Below are positions 24,258 through 25,375 of a stretch of 25,375 nucleotides of DNA, piece by piece; positions within the stretch are counted from its first letter, which is position 1; each line of letters starts with the position of its first letter. The notes under the pieces were generated by a model that was not told the DNA's origin, did no database searches, and was given only the letters and a program-made list of their open reading frames with translations. The stretch is taken from IMG/VR virus record IMGVR_UViG_3300037067_017539; one strand, 5' to 3'. Both the position numbers and the translations under genes were made by a program. Source of the stretch: an uncultured virus (IMG/VR IMGVR_UViG_3300037067_017539) (lineage: Duplodnaviria; Heunggongvirae; Uroviricota; Caudoviricetes).

Positions 24258-24785
24258 ATGAAGCTTGCTGAAAACTATTCATTTGAAGTTAAATTGACAA
24301 CCGGTGAAGTGCTTACAGAAGGTGGGGACTTAACCGGTTGCGTTCGGTTTTCTTTAATACCAAATATTCCAAACTTGCCGAGACATGACTTTTCTGGAAT
24401 TAAAATGGAGCGGCGTTTTTGCAGGGCCTTTCACAGGTATAGCATGGTAACACAACAAGCATTGCCGGGTCGCTTAACGTGGCGGGATGGTTCAGATATT
24501 ATTGTTTCAACAGAAGATTTATCCAATTTTATTGATGTTGGTTCCAAAATTTCCAAAAATGCAACTGGACAAGAATGGTACGAAGTTGAACAATTTACAA
24601 AAAATATGATTAAATTAAAACGGCCATATTCCGGTAAAACTCAGCAAATCGGCGGCAAGATGACGATAAAATCAAAACCATCAGAGTACCTTCATTGCGT
24701 TATTTTTGATAATTTCAGAGCCTACATAAAATCATCTGACGGTTCAATTACAATTACGCCAAAAGATTACGAATTATATTTATAA
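24258..24785 (+). CDS. Hypothetical tail-region protein containing a tail-fibre-like beta insert
   Basis: Start at ATG 24258 or TTG 24216. The internal segment GRLTWRDGSDII...VGSKI.....WYEV.....IKLKRPYSG resembles fibre beta modules. Confidence 0.55.
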   Translation: MKLAENYSFEVKLTTGEVLTEGGDLTGCVRFSLIPNIPNLPRHDFSGIKMERRFCRAFHRYSMVTQQALPGRLTWRDGSDIIVSTEDLSNFIDVGSKISKNATGQEWYEVEQFTKNMIKLKRPYSGKTQQIGGKMTIKSKPSEYLHCVIFDNFRAYIKSSDGSITITPKDYELYL

Positions 24786-24798
24786 AGGGGAGCATGTT

Positions 24799-25375
24799 AT
24801 GGCAAGAATTTTTGGAACTGGCTTTGAAAATCAAGATTTAAGTATGTTTTCGCAGGCACCATCATCAAAACTTGTTTCTTCTGATGAATTAGGCATGAGT
24901 GGTGATTATTGTTTAAAGATGGATCTTATAAATGCTTATGCACAGATAATGCTTCCTCAACAAAAAACAGAATTATTTATTGCATTTAAATTTAGGCCAT
25001 TTCATGGAATAGGAAAAGTTAATTTAATCATTGGTTTTTATGATTATGCAAGTGACTTAACTGGGGGTTTAATAATAAATTCCAGTTCTAAATTACAATT
25101 TTGTCTTTCTGGAAGCACCGGTATTACATCAGGTTCAAAAACAATTCTTCCGAACGTAACGTATACCATTGAAATACATTATATACCATTGAATACTGGT
25201 GGAACATTTATAGTTAAGGTAGATGGCGTTGAAGATATAAATTATACAGGAGATACCACATATGGATTAGAAAATTGCAATTCAATTCGATTTGGTTATT
25301 ATTATCCAAGTACTATTTACACATATTCATATTTTGATGATATAATAATTGATGACGCTGATTGGATTGGTTTGG
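24799..25375 (+). CDS. 3'-truncated tail protein with ConA/LamG-like lectin jelly-roll domain (absent from ORF track)
   Basis: RBS AAGGGGAG, ATG 24799, open to the window end: MARIFGTGFENQDL...YTIEIHY...GTFIVKVDGVEDINYTGDT...IRFG...SYFDDIIIDDADWIG. Confidence 0.75.
   Translation, partial: MARIFGTGFENQDLSMFSQAPSSKLVSSDELGMSGDYCLKMDLINAYAQIMLPQQKTELFIAFKFRPFHGIGKVNLIIGFYDYASDLTGGLIINSSSKLQFCLSGSTGITSGSKTILPNVTYTIEIHYIPLNTGGTFIVKVDGVEDINYTGDTTYGLENCNSIRFGYYYPSTIYTYSYFDDIIIDDADWIGL

Larger units (their letters stand above)
1..25375 (+). mobile_element. Tailed phage/prophage head-neck-tail morphogenesis module (siphovirus-like, long non-contractile tail)
   Basis: Co-oriented, tightly packed genes in canonical order: scaffold, capsid, decoration, adaptor, closure, gp10-like, terminator, tube, chaperones, tape measure, Dit, hub. 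No sheath gene is seen. No integrase or att site in the window, so free phage versus prophage cannot be decided. Confidence 0.96.

Noticed and set aside
25162..25193. 12-nt direct repeat tataccattgaa
   Set aside because: Short, AT-rich, within coding sequence and only two copies; not CRISPR- or DGR-like.
1..25375. CRISPR array, tRNA, intron/intein, DGR, integrase or alternative genetic code
   Set aside because: No spaced repeats, cloverleafs, splice/intein motifs or reverse transcriptase were seen. Genes are full length under the standard code, with TAA, TGA and TAG all used as stops.
1..25375. Host assignment and apparent abundance of CCGG/GGCC words
   Set aside because: Only an impression that I could not quantify. 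It needs k-mer statistics and homology searches.

Overview
The whole window is the virion morphogenesis region of a tailed, siphovirus-like dsDNA phage or prophage. All real genes are on the + strand. The order is: a very large 5'-truncated protein in the slot usually held by MuF/minor head proteins, three small accessory genes (one a HIRAN-domain protein), scaffold, major capsid protein, decoration protein, two paralogous GT2 glycosyltransferases flanking a small acidic protein, head-tail adaptor, head closure, HK97 gp10-like protein, tail terminator, tail tube, tail assembly chaperones G/GT, tape measure, Dit, a large beta-propeller tail-tip hub, and several tail-tip/fibre genes. Two things stand out. 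(1) The large first protein carries a HipA/PI3-4K-like kinase domain plus a C-terminal DarT-like (H-Y-E) ADP-ribosyltransferase domain, followed by a separately promoted candidate immunity/accessory cassette. (2) A coupled pair of SunS/flagellin-type protein glycosyltransferases sits inside the head-neck operon next to Ser/Thr-rich virion proteins, suggesting virion glycosylation. Also seen: a -1 frameshifted chaperone ORF missed by the ORF track, structured leaders before the capsid and chaperone genes, and a repeated bipartite promoter-like motif. All protein family calls are by-eye motif and synteny recognition; no database searches were run.
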